Shown here: positions 1-12,333 of the stretch, one piece after another
Position numbering within the stretch: the stretch's first letter is position 1
Layout of the letters: every line of letters starts with the position of its first letter
Origin: Octopus sinensis
Taxonomy: Eukaryota
NCBI RefSeq assembly: GCF_006345805.1
Contig: NC_043016.1
Location: forward strand, 24,862,001-24,926,000
DNA: 64,000 nucleotides
Direction: 5' to 3'
Notes under the pieces: model-generated
Database searches by the model: none
Told to the model about the DNA's origin: nothing
What the model saw: the letters and a program-made list of their open reading frames with translations, nothing else
Translations under genes and position numbers: made by a program

Positions 1-1206
1 TAGAAACTCCATAAGATGTACCCAGTGTAAGCTATGGACACATAAGAGGTGCAGCAACATCAAAGGAAGATTAACCAAGAAGATAGCATTCATGTGTGGC
101 AGACATACAGGGGCAATAAACACCACAGATGCTCAGTATACAGATTCCATCACATGCCAGTGCGAGAAACTAGAAATAGTTGATAGCTTCCGCTACCTAG
201 GTGACCAAGTCTGTAGTGGGGGTGGATGCTCAGAGAGTGTTACCACTAGAATAAGAATAGCCTGGACAAAGTTCGGAAAGCTCCTACCCCTACTTGTGAC
301 AAAGGGCCTCTTGCTCAGAGTGAAAGATAGATTGTATGATGCATGTGTGCAAACAGCCATGCTTCAAGGCAGTGAAACATGGGCCGTGATTGCTGAAGAC
401 ATGCGTAGGCTTGAAAGAAATGAAGCTAGCATGATCCGCTGGATGTGTAATGTCAGTGTGCACACACAACAGAGTGTAAACACCCCGAGAGAAATGTTGG
501 ACATAAGAAGCATCGGATGTGGCAAGCAAGAGAGACGTTTGGGTTGGTATGATCATGTACTACGGATGGATGAGGAGATCTGTGTGAAGAAGTGCCACCC
601 CCAAACAGTGGGGGGAATCCTGGGTAGAGGGAGACCCAGGAAGACATGGGATGATTGGGCCTCACAGAGGCAATGACAAAAGACTGAGATCTCTGGAGAT
701 ATGCTGTAACTCAGAAGACCTGGCAAATAAAGTGAGCTGACAGCTGTAACCTACACCAGTGTTGCATAATCAGCCCACTCAAAAGTACCTTGGATCACAG
801 GGCAACATGCCATGCTTGGGTTGACCTATTGAGTCAAGTACATCAAAACCAAAATCAAATGGAAATTGTAGGTGTGATCCCCATACCAGTGGCATGTAAA
901 AAGCACCATCCAAATGTGGCTGATGCCAGCGCTGCTATGAATGGCTTCCGTGCCAGTGGCACATAAAAAGCACCAACCGTTCGTGATCACTGCCAGCCCC
1001 CTCTGGCCTCTGTGCCAGTGGAATGTAAAAAGTACCCACTACACTCTCAGAGTGGTTGGCGTTAGGAAGGGCATCCGGCTGTAGAAACACTGCCAGGTCA
1101 GACTGGAGCCTGGTGCAGCCTCCTGGCTTCCCAGACCCCAGTTGAACCATCCAGCCCATGCAAACATGGAAAACAGACATTAAACGATGATGATGATGAT
1201 GATGAT
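1..1206 (+). mobile_element. 3' end of RTE-type LINE: PHD-like finger, RT C-terminus, 3'UTR with 3 internal repeat units, (GAT)n tail; runs off window start
   Basis: ORF 92-676 has VDSFRYLGD, RIRIAWTKF, LQGSETW, RRLERNEASMIRWMC, WYDHVLRM, GRGRPRKTW, typical of the RTE ORF2 C-terminus; the UTR ends in GACATTAAAC(GAT)n. Confidence 0.9.
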
Positions 1207-1540
1207 ATATATGTGTGTGTCTGTGTGTGAGAAAGATTTAGTTCAAGTAGAACATTTTGAACTCTTTGTGGGGTCCAAAAAGTTAGATCTCTAATAAGGA
1301 TTCTTCCTATCAAAGTAGTAGCTTGCTAATGCATGTATTTAAAATATGAAAACATGACAAGTTTAAACAGTGTTATGAGTATTTATAGTATATAATCCGA
1401 TATGAACTCGTGTTCCTATATTTCTTTTTTACTCTTTCACAATCTTTTTTATGAATATCAAGTTTATCCAACACAGGCTCTCTGTAGTTTCATTGTAATA
1501 TTCTTTTGATAATAACTTTTTTTATGTTTTCTGCATCTTT

Positions 1541-1671
1541 TCTACTGAGGAGAATGGTAATATGTAATTAGATTAATTTAATTTAATTATTATTTTAATT
1601 ATTATTATAATTAATTTAATTTTTCCATGTTTCTTACATGTTGGTATTATCATTCAAAATGACCGTATGGA
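1541..1671 (+). ncRNA. Decayed type-I hammerhead-like motif with long AT-rich stem II
   Basis: TCTA-CTGAGGA-GAATGGTAAT...ATTATCATTC-AAAA-T-GACC-G-TA-TGGA; 10-bp stem II and 4-bp stem I; the two core defects are both CpG-type transitions. Confidence 0.45.
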
Positions 1672-1780
1672 TTAAAACTTTATAAAAACTTTTAACATCC
1701 TCTCTTCTCCATTTTTTAACTGTTAGATGAGTTTATATAGGATTATATACTACAAATGCTCATAACACACTTTTTACTTA

Positions 1781-1813
<33 letters not shown>

Positions 1814-1984
1814 GAAAGGTATTGGTGTCAAGAAGATCCAAAAGTGTCAGGTAATGCTGTGTAAGTGCTATGGACAGACTATAGTTAAGCTCCAGGTTCG
1901 ATAATGATATGAATGAGGAGTGTAACGTAGGCTGTGTATTAGCATGCATCTATATAAAAATTAACAGAATGAGATAAAAAATCC

Positions 1985-2130
1985 AAGTGTTCTTGGTCCA
2001 AAACTGTCTCACACACAAGGCAGTGTGTGCAGGTGCATTGTCATGATGAAACCACCACTGCCCACTTTGTCACAAGTTGGGGCATTTCCAACCATTACAA
2101 AAATTGATGAACAGAGCAATACCACGACCA
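1985..2130 (-). mobile_element. mariner transposase fragment
   Basis: Minus strand reads CATCATGACAATGCACCTGCACACACTGCCTTG = HHDNAPAHTAL, the mariner second-Asp motif. Confidence 0.6.
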
Positions 2131-2220
2131 TATCCTTGCCCCTCCCCACAAGTGGCTTCCCTCCCCTCCCACATCCACAACACTAACCATGCACTCCATC
2201 TTTTCAACTCTTTCTTCTTC

Positions 2221-2719
2221 CCTCCTGAGTATAATACGCAGGGGATTTTTAGGGGGCTGTACCTCTGAAAAACCTAAACTTTGTGTATAATATGCACCCC
2301 TTCTCTAACTTGAGTGGTGCGTAATGAAGCCAGCAGCACCTAGTCGAACAAACACTTCCGAGCATGCATAATACAATAATGCTGATGTTCTTAACTGTTA
2401 TATGGGAATGTAAATATGTTTGTAAATTGTTTTTGTTACATGTTATTCTGTGTTCTGAATACTTTTATTTTAATAAATGTTGCTTACTGCAAGTTATGGA
2501 TGATTCTTTTATGACTTCATTGCTTTCAGGCTTAGCTTAAGGTATTTTCACGCCTGACATCACAAAATTCATCTGAATAAACATTGCTGGACAGCAAATA
2601 GAGACTCGGATATTGCTAAGAAAGTATTTTTCATTTTTAACCTCGTATATAGTACGCACAAGGGATTTTAACCTTTAAATTTTGGGGAAAAAATGCAGAT
2701 TATACACGAGGATTTATGG
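2221..2719. mobile_element. Truncated copy of the TA-flanked MITE at 52548-53076
   Basis: Shares long blocks (GGGGATTTTTAGGGGGCTGTACCTCTGAAAAACC; AATAAATGTTGCTTACTGCAAG) and the right TIR GAGGATTTATGG-TA; left TIR missing. Confidence 0.75.
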
Positions 2720-3055
2720 TATATAAATATATATATAGAGAGAGATTGAAAGTTAAAATTAGATAGATAGATATACACATATCCATCTATAAATATATGC
2801 ATATATTTGTGTAAAATAATGAAGGTGGCTTGATGCAATATAAAACCAAAAAGGAAAAATTCAATTGCCACTAATAGTGACTGAGGATACAGGGTAGCAT
2901 CTAGATTGCTAGAAACAAGAGTCAATTTGACTCTTATAGTCACAAAAAACAATTTGACAGGGGAGATAAAAGCTCCACAGTGAGCGAGGTCACTATACTA
3001 GTGAGCTAGTTTTGTTTGGTATTAAAGATCATCAGTAATGATTACTCCATATATA

Positions 3056-4292
3056 CAAGGGTTGAACAAAATAATGGAAGCAGCTTAAAATTTCAAACAA
3101 ATTTATTTTAATATGGATTAGGACCGCCTTTGACAGTAATTACAGCATGAATTCTATGAGGTATGGACTCATACCAAGTTTGAATTGTTTCCAAAGGAAT
3201 TTTTGTCCATTCTTCAGCTAAAACAGTTTCCAGTTCTTGTAGTGATGATGGTGGAAGATAATGACTTCTTACTTGTTTCTCTAAAATGCCCCATAAATGT
3301 TCAATAATATTGAGATCTGGGGACTGTGGTAGCCAGGTAAGATGTCCAACTTCACTAGAATTTTCCTCGTACCATTCAGTAACAAGTTTAGCTGTGTTAA
3401 TTGGTGCATTATCATCCTGAAAGATTGTGTTTCCCTCCAGAAACAGTTCCGTAGCCATAGGATGAATTTGATCAGATAAAATGCTTAAATATTAATTCTG
3501 CCATGGAGGAAAACCATTGAGCCAGTGGATTTCCAAGATATAGCCCCCATATCCTCATAGATCCTCCTCTATGTTTAACAGTTGGAAGAAGGTAGTCTAG
3601 GTCAAATGCTTCTTTTGATTGTCTCCACACGTAAAGTCAGCCAGTGATCGGAAATAAGGTAAAGGATGACTCATCCGAGAAAATAACATTCTTCCACTGC
3701 TCTGGGGACCAATTCTGTAGGTTTTTATTCCACTCTAAATGCTTTGCAACATTTATTTTGGATTGCAGCCCTCCCATGAAATCCAGCTTTGTGCAGCTCC
3801 CGGCAAACAGATTTTGTGGAAACTGGGTTCTCAAGGTGGTCATTAAGCTCTGCAGTAATTTTGGGCGCTGTACTTTTGTGATCCTTTCTAACAATTCACG
3901 TAAGATTCTGACGGTTCCTATCTGAAAGTTTTGGCTTTCTTCCAGAGTTTTGTTTTGGCGAGGAGGTTTTTCCCTCTTTCTCAAAGGCTGTCATTACTTT
4001 CGAGATAGTACTTCTTGATACACCAAATATTTTGGCTGTTTCCATTACACTAGCACCTGCCATATGAGCACCAACAATTTGACCTCTTTGAAAGTCCAAA
4101 AGATCTGTCATTTTAATGAATTTTAATTACCTTTTTCTGATGATATCTGAAAAGAAACAGTAATTTTAGCAAAACATATTAAACAACACTAATAATAAAT
4201 AAAAAAACACAAAAATAAACAAGCTTTTGACGGTTTTATAGATATTTCAATATTATGATGCTAGGTGTTTCCATAATTTTGTTCAAACCCTG
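3056..4292 (-). mobile_element. Full-length Tc1-family transposon, frameshifted transposase, DD36E spacing
   Basis: About 29-bp TIRs (CAAGGGTTGAACAAAATAATGGAA / CAGGGTTTGAACAAAATTATGGAA); ORFs 4111-3896 (HTH), 3984-3637 (VIFSDESSF), 3458-3108 (FQDDNAP...SPDLNIIEHLW). Confidence 0.92.
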
Positions 4293-4302
4293 AATGTATG
4301 TG

Positions 4303-4347
<45 letters not shown>

Positions 4348-4349
<2 letters not shown>

Positions 4350-4506
4350 TCATCATCATCATCATCATCATTTAGCGTCCGTTTTCCATGCTAGCATGGG
4401 TTGGACGGTTCTACTGGGGTCTGTGAAGCCAGAAGGCTTCATCAGGCCCAGTCAAATCTGGCAGTGTTTCTACGGCTGGATGCCCTTCCTAACGCCAACC
4501 ACTCCG
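4348..4506 (-). mobile_element. RTE 3'UTR remnant with (GAT)n tail
   Basis: Reverse complement of the terminal part of 1040-1206. Confidence 0.85.
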
Positions 4507-5224
4507 TATATATATATATAGTGGAGTCTGGTGCAGCCTCCCCCATTAGTTTGCCAACTCTGGTCACACCATCTAGCCTATGCCAGCATGTACAACAGAT
4601 ATTAAATTATGATATACATACATACATACATACATACACACATACACACATACACACACATACATACATACATACATACATACATACATACATACATGTA
4701 TGCATACATACATATAGGCATACCTCAACTTATGTTACCTCATTCAAGTTACATCTTTTTTCAACTTTACATCACTTCTTTAAGATATTAAGGGTGAAAA
4801 ATATACCTCAACTTCAATTGAGTTATCTGACTTTACATCAGTCTCAGTGAATGTATTTCAAATCATAAATATATTAAAAAAAAATACATAAACACCTAAA
4901 AAATCAATACTGAAACAGAAAATAGAATAAAATACATGTGAAAATATGTGTGAGCCATTTACCAAAACAGATATAAGTTGATAAAGTTTCAAAAATTCCT
5001 TTTCCTGTTATGCTGATTAAGTTGCAAGTCTTGAAGCCAATTATCAACTTATATTGAGGTATGCATGAATATTAATGTGTGTGTGTGTGTGTGAGTGTGT
5101 GAGAGAGTGTGTGGGTTTCATGTTTTCCCACTATGTCTACTGGTTGTAAACAATGGCTTCTCTGACAGCATCATTTTTTTTTTCCAGTTCTCTGCTCGAT
5201 CCCTCCAAGGACCAATGATGTTGC

Positions 5225-5302
5225 AACTCATTTCTACAACTGAGTGAACTGGAGCAATGTAAATAAAGTGCCTTGCTCAAGAACACAATATACAGCCTGG
5301 TC
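5225..5302 (-). mobile_element. SINE family C (CORE-like) fragment
   Basis: ACTCATTTCTACAACTGAGTGAACTGGAGCAA...GCCTTGCTCAAGAACACAA matches 27688-27750. Confidence 0.7.
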
Positions 5303-5433
5303 CAACAACAGTTGTAATGTTGAGGGTACAAACACAGACACACAAACACACACACGTGCACACACACACACACACACACGCTATAGTAGAAGACTTATGG
5401 TAGCAACATAAAGGCTGAATCTCACTATCAATG

Positions 5434-5467
<34 letters not shown>

Positions 5468-5589
5468 ATATATCTAACTAATTTAAAATAAATAAGTAAA
5501 TGAGTGGAAATTGAACTGGTGAGTGTGTTAAACAATAGGGCACTAAAAGAAAATGACTCTCTCCAGACACAATAATGTATATATACTGA

Positions 5590-6024
5590 ACCAATCCTAT
5601 GACTGGCACCCGGCAGATGCCAGGACCCCTGGACTGGTGGTATGTAAAAAGCACTATCCGAATCGTGGCCGATGCCAACGCCACCTCGACTGGTTTCTGT
5701 GACGGTAGCACGTAAAAAGCACCATCCGAATCGTGGCCGAAGCCAGTGCTGCCTCGACTGGCTTCCATGCCGGTGGCACGTAAAACGCACCAATCCGACC
5801 GTGGCCGTTGCCAGCCTCGCCTGGCACCTGTGCAGGTGGCACGTAAAAAGCACCCACTACACTCACGGAGTGGTTGGCGTTAGGAAGGGCATCAAGCTGT
5901 AGAAACATTGCCAGATAAGACTGGAGCTTGGTGCAGCCTTCTGGCTTCCCAGATCCCTGGTCGAACCAACCAACCCATGCTAGCATGGAGAATGGACGTT
6001 AAATGATGATGATGATGATGATGA
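5590..6024 (+). mobile_element. RTE 3'UTR with 4 internal repeat units
   Basis: Repeated GTGGCACGTAAAAAGCACC core, GGTTGGCGTTAGGAAGGGCATC, (GAT)n tail. Confidence 0.88.
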
Positions 6025-6049
6025 TAAACGTATATAAGTATATATATAA

Positions 6050-6221
<172 letters not shown>

Positions 6222-6325
6222 ATGTATATATTTATATACATTTAATTTTATTTGTATCATGAATATTCGAAAATACAGTCCTCATCAATCTTATTTGTTA
6301 TTTACCACCAAGATGTAGGAAATTT

Positions 6326-6441
6326 CACTCTGATGAAATCTTGACATTCTGTGGGGGCTCTTTTACACCCAACGTGGTTCGAATTGTGATGATCCGAAGC
6401 AGTTGTTCACCGAGTGGCCAGATTGAAACATGTGTAGACAT
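6326..6441 (+). ncRNA. Hammerhead-like core with long stem II insert and poor stem I
   Basis: CTGATGA(6330-6336)-AATCT...AGATT-GAAA(6425-6428)-C-ATGT-G-TA; stem I has only about 1 pair. Confidence 0.3.
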
Positions 6442-6744
6442 CTTTTTTGATTATTTATTATGTTGATTCTGTTACTTTAAATCTTATTTGTATTATACTA
6501 TTTGATATGTCTTCATCATGATGCAAATAAAATTAAATAAGTATCCACTATATTTCTCCTCCATTTTCTTATATTTACTTAACAAAATATTGGACAGTTT
6601 ATCCTTATATATTGAGGAATTTTCTCTCAATATATAAATTGATAACACCAGTTGATATTCAGATTTTTAAAATCCCTGACAAGGAAATTGCATCCTCACT
6701 TTTGACAGTATATATATATATATATATATACATATATATATTTA

Positions 6745-6950
6745 CAGGAGATTAAGATGTCCATGGATGGACATATAACCTCCATGGTCATTGGAATCTG
6801 ATGAGTTGTCTATAAGGCTAAGCACTTTATGGATGCGAAACCATTAGTCACTCTGTGACCGGACATCTAATTAATCACCTGTAAATACGTTACTGCTCTA
6901 ACTTTTAGAGTGTGCTGCTTTTTTGGTTATATGGTCTAATGATGATGATG
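6745..6950 (+). mobile_element. Small repeat family D carrying a hammerhead motif (6793-6854)
   Basis: GAAT-CTGATGA-G...CTTTATGGATGC-GAAA-C-CATTA-G-TC-ACTC, followed by the family tail TTACTGCTCTAAC...AGAGTGTGCTGCTTTTTTGG. Confidence 0.6.
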
Positions 6951-7418
6951 ATGATGATGATGTGTGTGTGTGTGTGTTAGAAATGAGGGAAATTTCGAAT
7001 GCAGGAAAATATCTGTAAAAACAGTTTAGAATATCAGGTAAAAATACCCTTATAAGAGGGAAAAAGAGTAGCATGCTGCTACAGAGAATTGAAGTCTGCT
7101 TCTCACAAAATCCAACTGAACACTTTGGACCTTTGAGCTAAAAGACCGATGACAACAGATACCATCTTTAATAATGTCAAATAATAGCTTTTGGATATCA
7201 GAACATTTTTATAAACAAACACCAAAACATTAAGTGAGATGGTATTTTTATTTTAGAAACTGAGGAAATCTTGAATTCAGGAGAATAGTTGGGAAAACAG
7301 CTTAGAAGATCTGGTAAAAACACTCACAAGATTGCAAAAAGTGACCTGCAAGCTGCAAAAGAGGAATGGGATTCTCTGTAGTGGCTTGCTGGTCACTTTT
7401 TTTTGTCTTTTAAGAATA

Positions 7419-7600
7419 CAAAGGGGTACCCAAAAGTAACTGGAAATGCTCACTGTGGGACAAGCCCATTGTTGTTGAGGCTTCTACTGTTAGAAGCCAC
7501 ATGATGCAACCCTCAGGCATCAGTGTGCTGACCCATGTTGTTGATTGAAGTTGTACTGCCACATGGTGTGTTTTTGTTTTGCAGTGTTCATCACCCATTT
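7419..7600 (+). mobile_element. 5' end fragment of the mariner family at 12334
   Basis: TA-CAAAGGGGTACCCAAAAGTAACTGGA TIR; downstream sequence is homologous to 12334-12500. Confidence 0.75.
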
Positions 7601-7664
7601 TTTTTGCAGTGTTTTACCCATGTGGAATAAAAATATTTAGTTTTCCATATATATATATATATAT

Positions 7665-7950
7665 GACAGTTGATGCCAGCACTGTCTTGGCTGGCTTCCG
7701 TGCCGGTGGCACGTAAAAAGCACCAACCGATCGTGGCTTTTGCCAGCCTCCTCTGGTCCCTGTGCCGGTGGCACGTAAAAAGCACCCACTACACTCACGG
7801 AGTGGTTGGCATTAGGAAGGGCATCCAGCTGTAGAAACACTACCAGATCAGACTGGAGTTTGGTGCAGCCCTCCTGGCTTCCCAGACCCCAATCGAACCA
7901 TCCAACCCATGCTAGCATGGAAAACAGACGTTAAACGATGATGATGATGA
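7665..7950 (+). mobile_element. RTE 3'UTR with 2 repeat units
   Basis: Same UTR motifs and (GAT)n tail. Confidence 0.88.
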
Positions 7951-7962
7951 TATATGTATATA

Positions 7963-8119
7963 TGACAGGCTTCTTTCATTTTCCGTCTACCAAATCCACT
8001 CACAAGGTTTTGGTTGGCCTGAAGCTATAGTAGAGGACAAGATACCACACAGTGGGACTGAACCCAAAACCATGTGGTTGGGATGCAAGCTTCTTACCCT
8101 ACAGCCTTGCCTGCACCTG
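7963..8119 (-). mobile_element. tRNA-derived SINE family A, 5' half
   Basis: Reverse complement of the family A head (GCTGTxxGGTAAGAAGCTTG...GGTTCAGTCCCACTG). Confidence 0.8.
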
Positions 8120-8614
8120 TGTATGTGTGTGTGTAGATACACACACACTCACATATATAGTGGTAAAAAAGATTCTCAGCAAGCCAAACAGCAAAAGGTT
8201 TTTAGAGAAGAAACTTCTTTAGGCAAGTGTTTCAGCTCTTAATTCCTTACTTTCTGCAGTCAGGTCATGGCTCCTATGTGCTCTTCTGCTGATATTTTTT
8301 AGCCATTTGGATATCAGAGCATTGTGCATTTAAGCTGCTTGGAGATTTCATCTAGTTGGAATTCCTTTGTGTTGGATCAACTTTCAAACTTATACTTAAA
8401 TAAGAAATAACATTGGTTGATATGGAAGAGGTGAAATATCAACACTACCACAATGACTCACTTCCTGCCATCTTGAAATGTGAAAATATTGCCTTCCAAC
8501 AGTATAGAGGTCATTTTTATGTTTATTTGTGTGTGCGTGCATGCATGTGTGTATGTGTGCATGCATGTATTTATGTATGTGTGTTTGAATGCATATTTCT
8601 ATGTATGTATGTGT

Positions 8615-9003
8615 ATCATCATCATCATCATCATCATCGTCGTTTAGCGTCCGTTTTCCATGCTAGCATGGGTTGGACGGTTCTACTGGGGTCTGTGAAG
8701 CCAGAAGGCTTCATCAGGCCCAGTCAAATCTGGCAGTGTTTCTACGGCTGGATGCCCTTCCTAACGCCAACCACTCCGTGAGTGTAGTGGGTGCTTTTTA
8801 CGTGCCACCCGCACAGGTGCCAGACAGAGCTGGCAAACGGCCACGAACGGATGGTGCTTTTTATGTGCCACCGGCACGAGGGCCAGGCAAGGCTGGCAAC
8901 AGACATGAAACGGGGCGGTGCTGGCAATGGTCGCGAAACGGAAGGTTCTCTTACATGCCACCGGCACTGGTAACACATCTGCAATTTCCATTGATCGATT
9001 TCC
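8615..9003 (-). mobile_element. RTE 3'UTR with 3 repeat units
   Basis: (CAT)n then CGTTTAGCGTCCGTTTTCCATGCTAGC; GTGCTTTTTACGTGCCAC units. Confidence 0.88.
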
Positions 9004-10120
9004 ATAGTGTATGTATGCATGCATGTATGTATGCATATATGTATATATGCATATGAGTGAGCAGACAAACAAAAGAAAGTGGCAGTGAGCACATTTTGTA
9101 GGTATTACTCATGTTTTTAATAACACTTTGACTTAGTTCCAGGTACTGAGAAAAGAGTAAGGGAATTGAGACAAATTCAAAATGGTTTCTAAATGTTAGG
9201 CCTCAAAAGGTCAGCTCTGACTGTGTAGTGTTGTTAATCCTGTGGAAGCAACACTAGTTCTCTCATTTATTCTTAAGCCTTATGTGCTCCAACAGTATTT
9301 TGACACAAAGTTGATGCCACTTTGGTGACAAGCTGTCATATAAGGTAATCAATAACATCGGTTTCATTGCATTTGGTACCAAACATGGTCGAGCTGGATG
9401 TTGTCACAGTTTAGTAGATCAGTCACCATTCAATTGTATATAATCATATTAACAGCAGCAATCTTTACATAGGAGTAACCAGATTCGATAGGTTAAAACC
9501 AAAGTGAGATCACCAACATTGGTGAGACAGTAGTCTATACAAGAAGCAGGGATTAAACACCCTGCCATTATGTTTTAGGGGAAACCAAATTAAGACTGGA
9601 CTATCTGGATTATCAGCTGCAAGTAGTTGGAAATTCATTAATTGGTTGTACCTCTGGTGGATACAATAAGGTATTTTATTCTCCCTGTTGATGGAAATTG
9701 ATGAAGTATGTATAGTCTCTCAGAGAGACAGAGCTAGCAATTGTTAGTTCCTGGAGAGTGAGTGTCTCGATCAATAATGCTGCATTTGATGTTGAGGAAA
9801 AATTCCAATGATTGCAGAGTCTCTAGATGAAGCAAGTCAGGGAAGTAGAATTTTTCCCTAACTCAGCAGGTGAAGAAGTGCACATACTGAATGTAACTTC
9901 CTTTAAAAAAAACCCATAGATTCTCATGCCTGTTTAGTTTCATCTAATGCCATTGGATGGTGTTAAGGTAGCTCTATAGACTACAGCCTTTGAGAGGCAG
10001 GATCTTCTCAGTGGGCAATTGTGTGTGTGTGTGTGTGTACGCATACAAACGCATATAAACACAGACAAACACACACACACACATATGCATATATGTATTT
10101 ATAGATATGTATATATGCAT

Positions 10121-10164
<44 letters not shown>

Positions 10165-10552
10165 TTACATACATATTTTACATACATATATATATATATA
10201 TGCACATACACACACACATACGCATACACACATGCATACGCACACATGCACACACACACACATACACACGCATATACATTCATATAAAAATTCTTCTAAT
10301 ATTAGATGACACATATTTCTCTCTTATCTACATGGGAGTGTATTTTTGATTCCTATCTTATTCAGTAGTAAAGTACAAATCTAAGAAACAGATTTTCACA
10401 GTAAATTGGTATTCTCAGAATAGTGAGTAATAATAAAAGATACACAAGTATGAGTATGTTGGTATACATATTTACGTGTGTACCTGTGTTTGTACATATG
10501 CATATATATTATATACAAACATATACGCATATGCATGTGTATATGTATATAT

Positions 10553-10600
<48 letters not shown>

Positions 10601-10634
10601 CACATGCACTCACACATATATCTATACACACTCA

Positions 10635-10677
<43 letters not shown>

Positions 10678-10680
<3 letters not shown>

Positions 10681-11058
10681 CGTAGGAGTGGTAAGTAGCT
10701 TGCTTACGAACCACATGGTTCCAGGTTCAGTCCTACTGCATGGCACCTTGGGCTACTATAGCCTCGGCCGACCAAAGCCTTGTGAGTGTATTTGGTAGAC
10801 GGAAACTGAAAGAAGCCCGTCGTCTATATATATATATATGTATGTGTGTGTATATATTTGTGTGTCTGTGTTTGTTCCCCCAACATCGCTTGACAACTGA
10901 TGCTGGTATGTCTACATCCCCATAACTTAGCGATTCAGCAAAAGAAACTGATAGAATAAGTACTAGGCTTAGAAAGGAATAAGTCCAGGGGCTGATTTGC
11001 TCGACTAAAGATGGTGCTCCTGCATGGCCACAGTCAAACAACTGAAAAAAGTAAAAGA

Positions 11059-11060
<2 letters not shown>
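10678..11060 (+). mobile_element. SINE family A, near full length
   Basis: tRNA-like head with B box GGTTCAGTCC, internal (TG/TA)n tract, tail GTAAAAGAGT. Confidence 0.9.
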
Positions 11061-11125
<65 letters not shown>

Positions 11126-11709
11126 AAGATAGATAGATGTATAATGTTGACATCATAAGAATTTATAAACCTTAAAAGATTATGAAATGATTCTTTTTTG
11201 GAAGAGCAAAGCTTGGAGCACATTAAATCATAAACGATAGCATGTAGATATGGGATTGAAAATCACCTCCTGCAGACATGTCCATTGTTCCACCATTGGA
11301 CTAAACGATCCTGCAAATTTTTCCATCCATTTTAGAAACTTTAGTCCTTCTTACCTGTAACTTTTTGTATCAGAAAGGGATTCTCTACCTGATATTTACA
11401 TGCTGTTATTTATAGTTTAAAGTGCATTGATATCCACTTTTCCAAAAGAAGAATTATATATAAAGGAAAATGTATTGTTGAAAATGCACCTAAATTTAAA
11501 AAAACTTGTAAATGCTTAAAATACATTTATTTTACTGAACTGCTAATTCACAGGGATGTAAACACACCAACACTGGTTGTCAAACAATGGTAGGAGACTA
11601 ACACAGGTACAAAGACACACACATACACACACACTTTCTAACACACTCACAAGGCTGGGAAGCAAGCTTCTTACCACACAGCCAAACCCCATTAAATATA
11701 TATATACAT

Positions 11710-11868
11710 AGGCCACCAGCCATTAGGGTCTGAAAGATGCTGTGCGGTTGAGTGCTTTATGGACATGAAACCCAGGGTAACCCCATAGACCAGCCATAAC
11801 TATCTTTTTCTAATTACTTTACTGCTTTGTAACTTAGAGTGTGCTTCTCTTTTGGAGTTATGATTTGA

Positions 11869-11870
<2 letters not shown>
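11710..11870 (+). mobile_element. Family D repeat with degenerate hammerhead (11725-11784)
   Basis: GGGT-CTGAAAG(A)...CTTTATGGACAT-GAAA-C-CCAGG-G-TA-ACCC; stem I GGGT/ACCC is perfect. Confidence 0.5.
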
Positions 11871-12313
<443 letters not shown>

Positions 12314-12333
12314 CATACATACATACATACATA

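Noticed and set aside
9130-9960. Complex non-microsatellite block, possibly an old LINE relic
   Set aside because: I could not recover a convincing RT or endonuclease motif in any frame by eye
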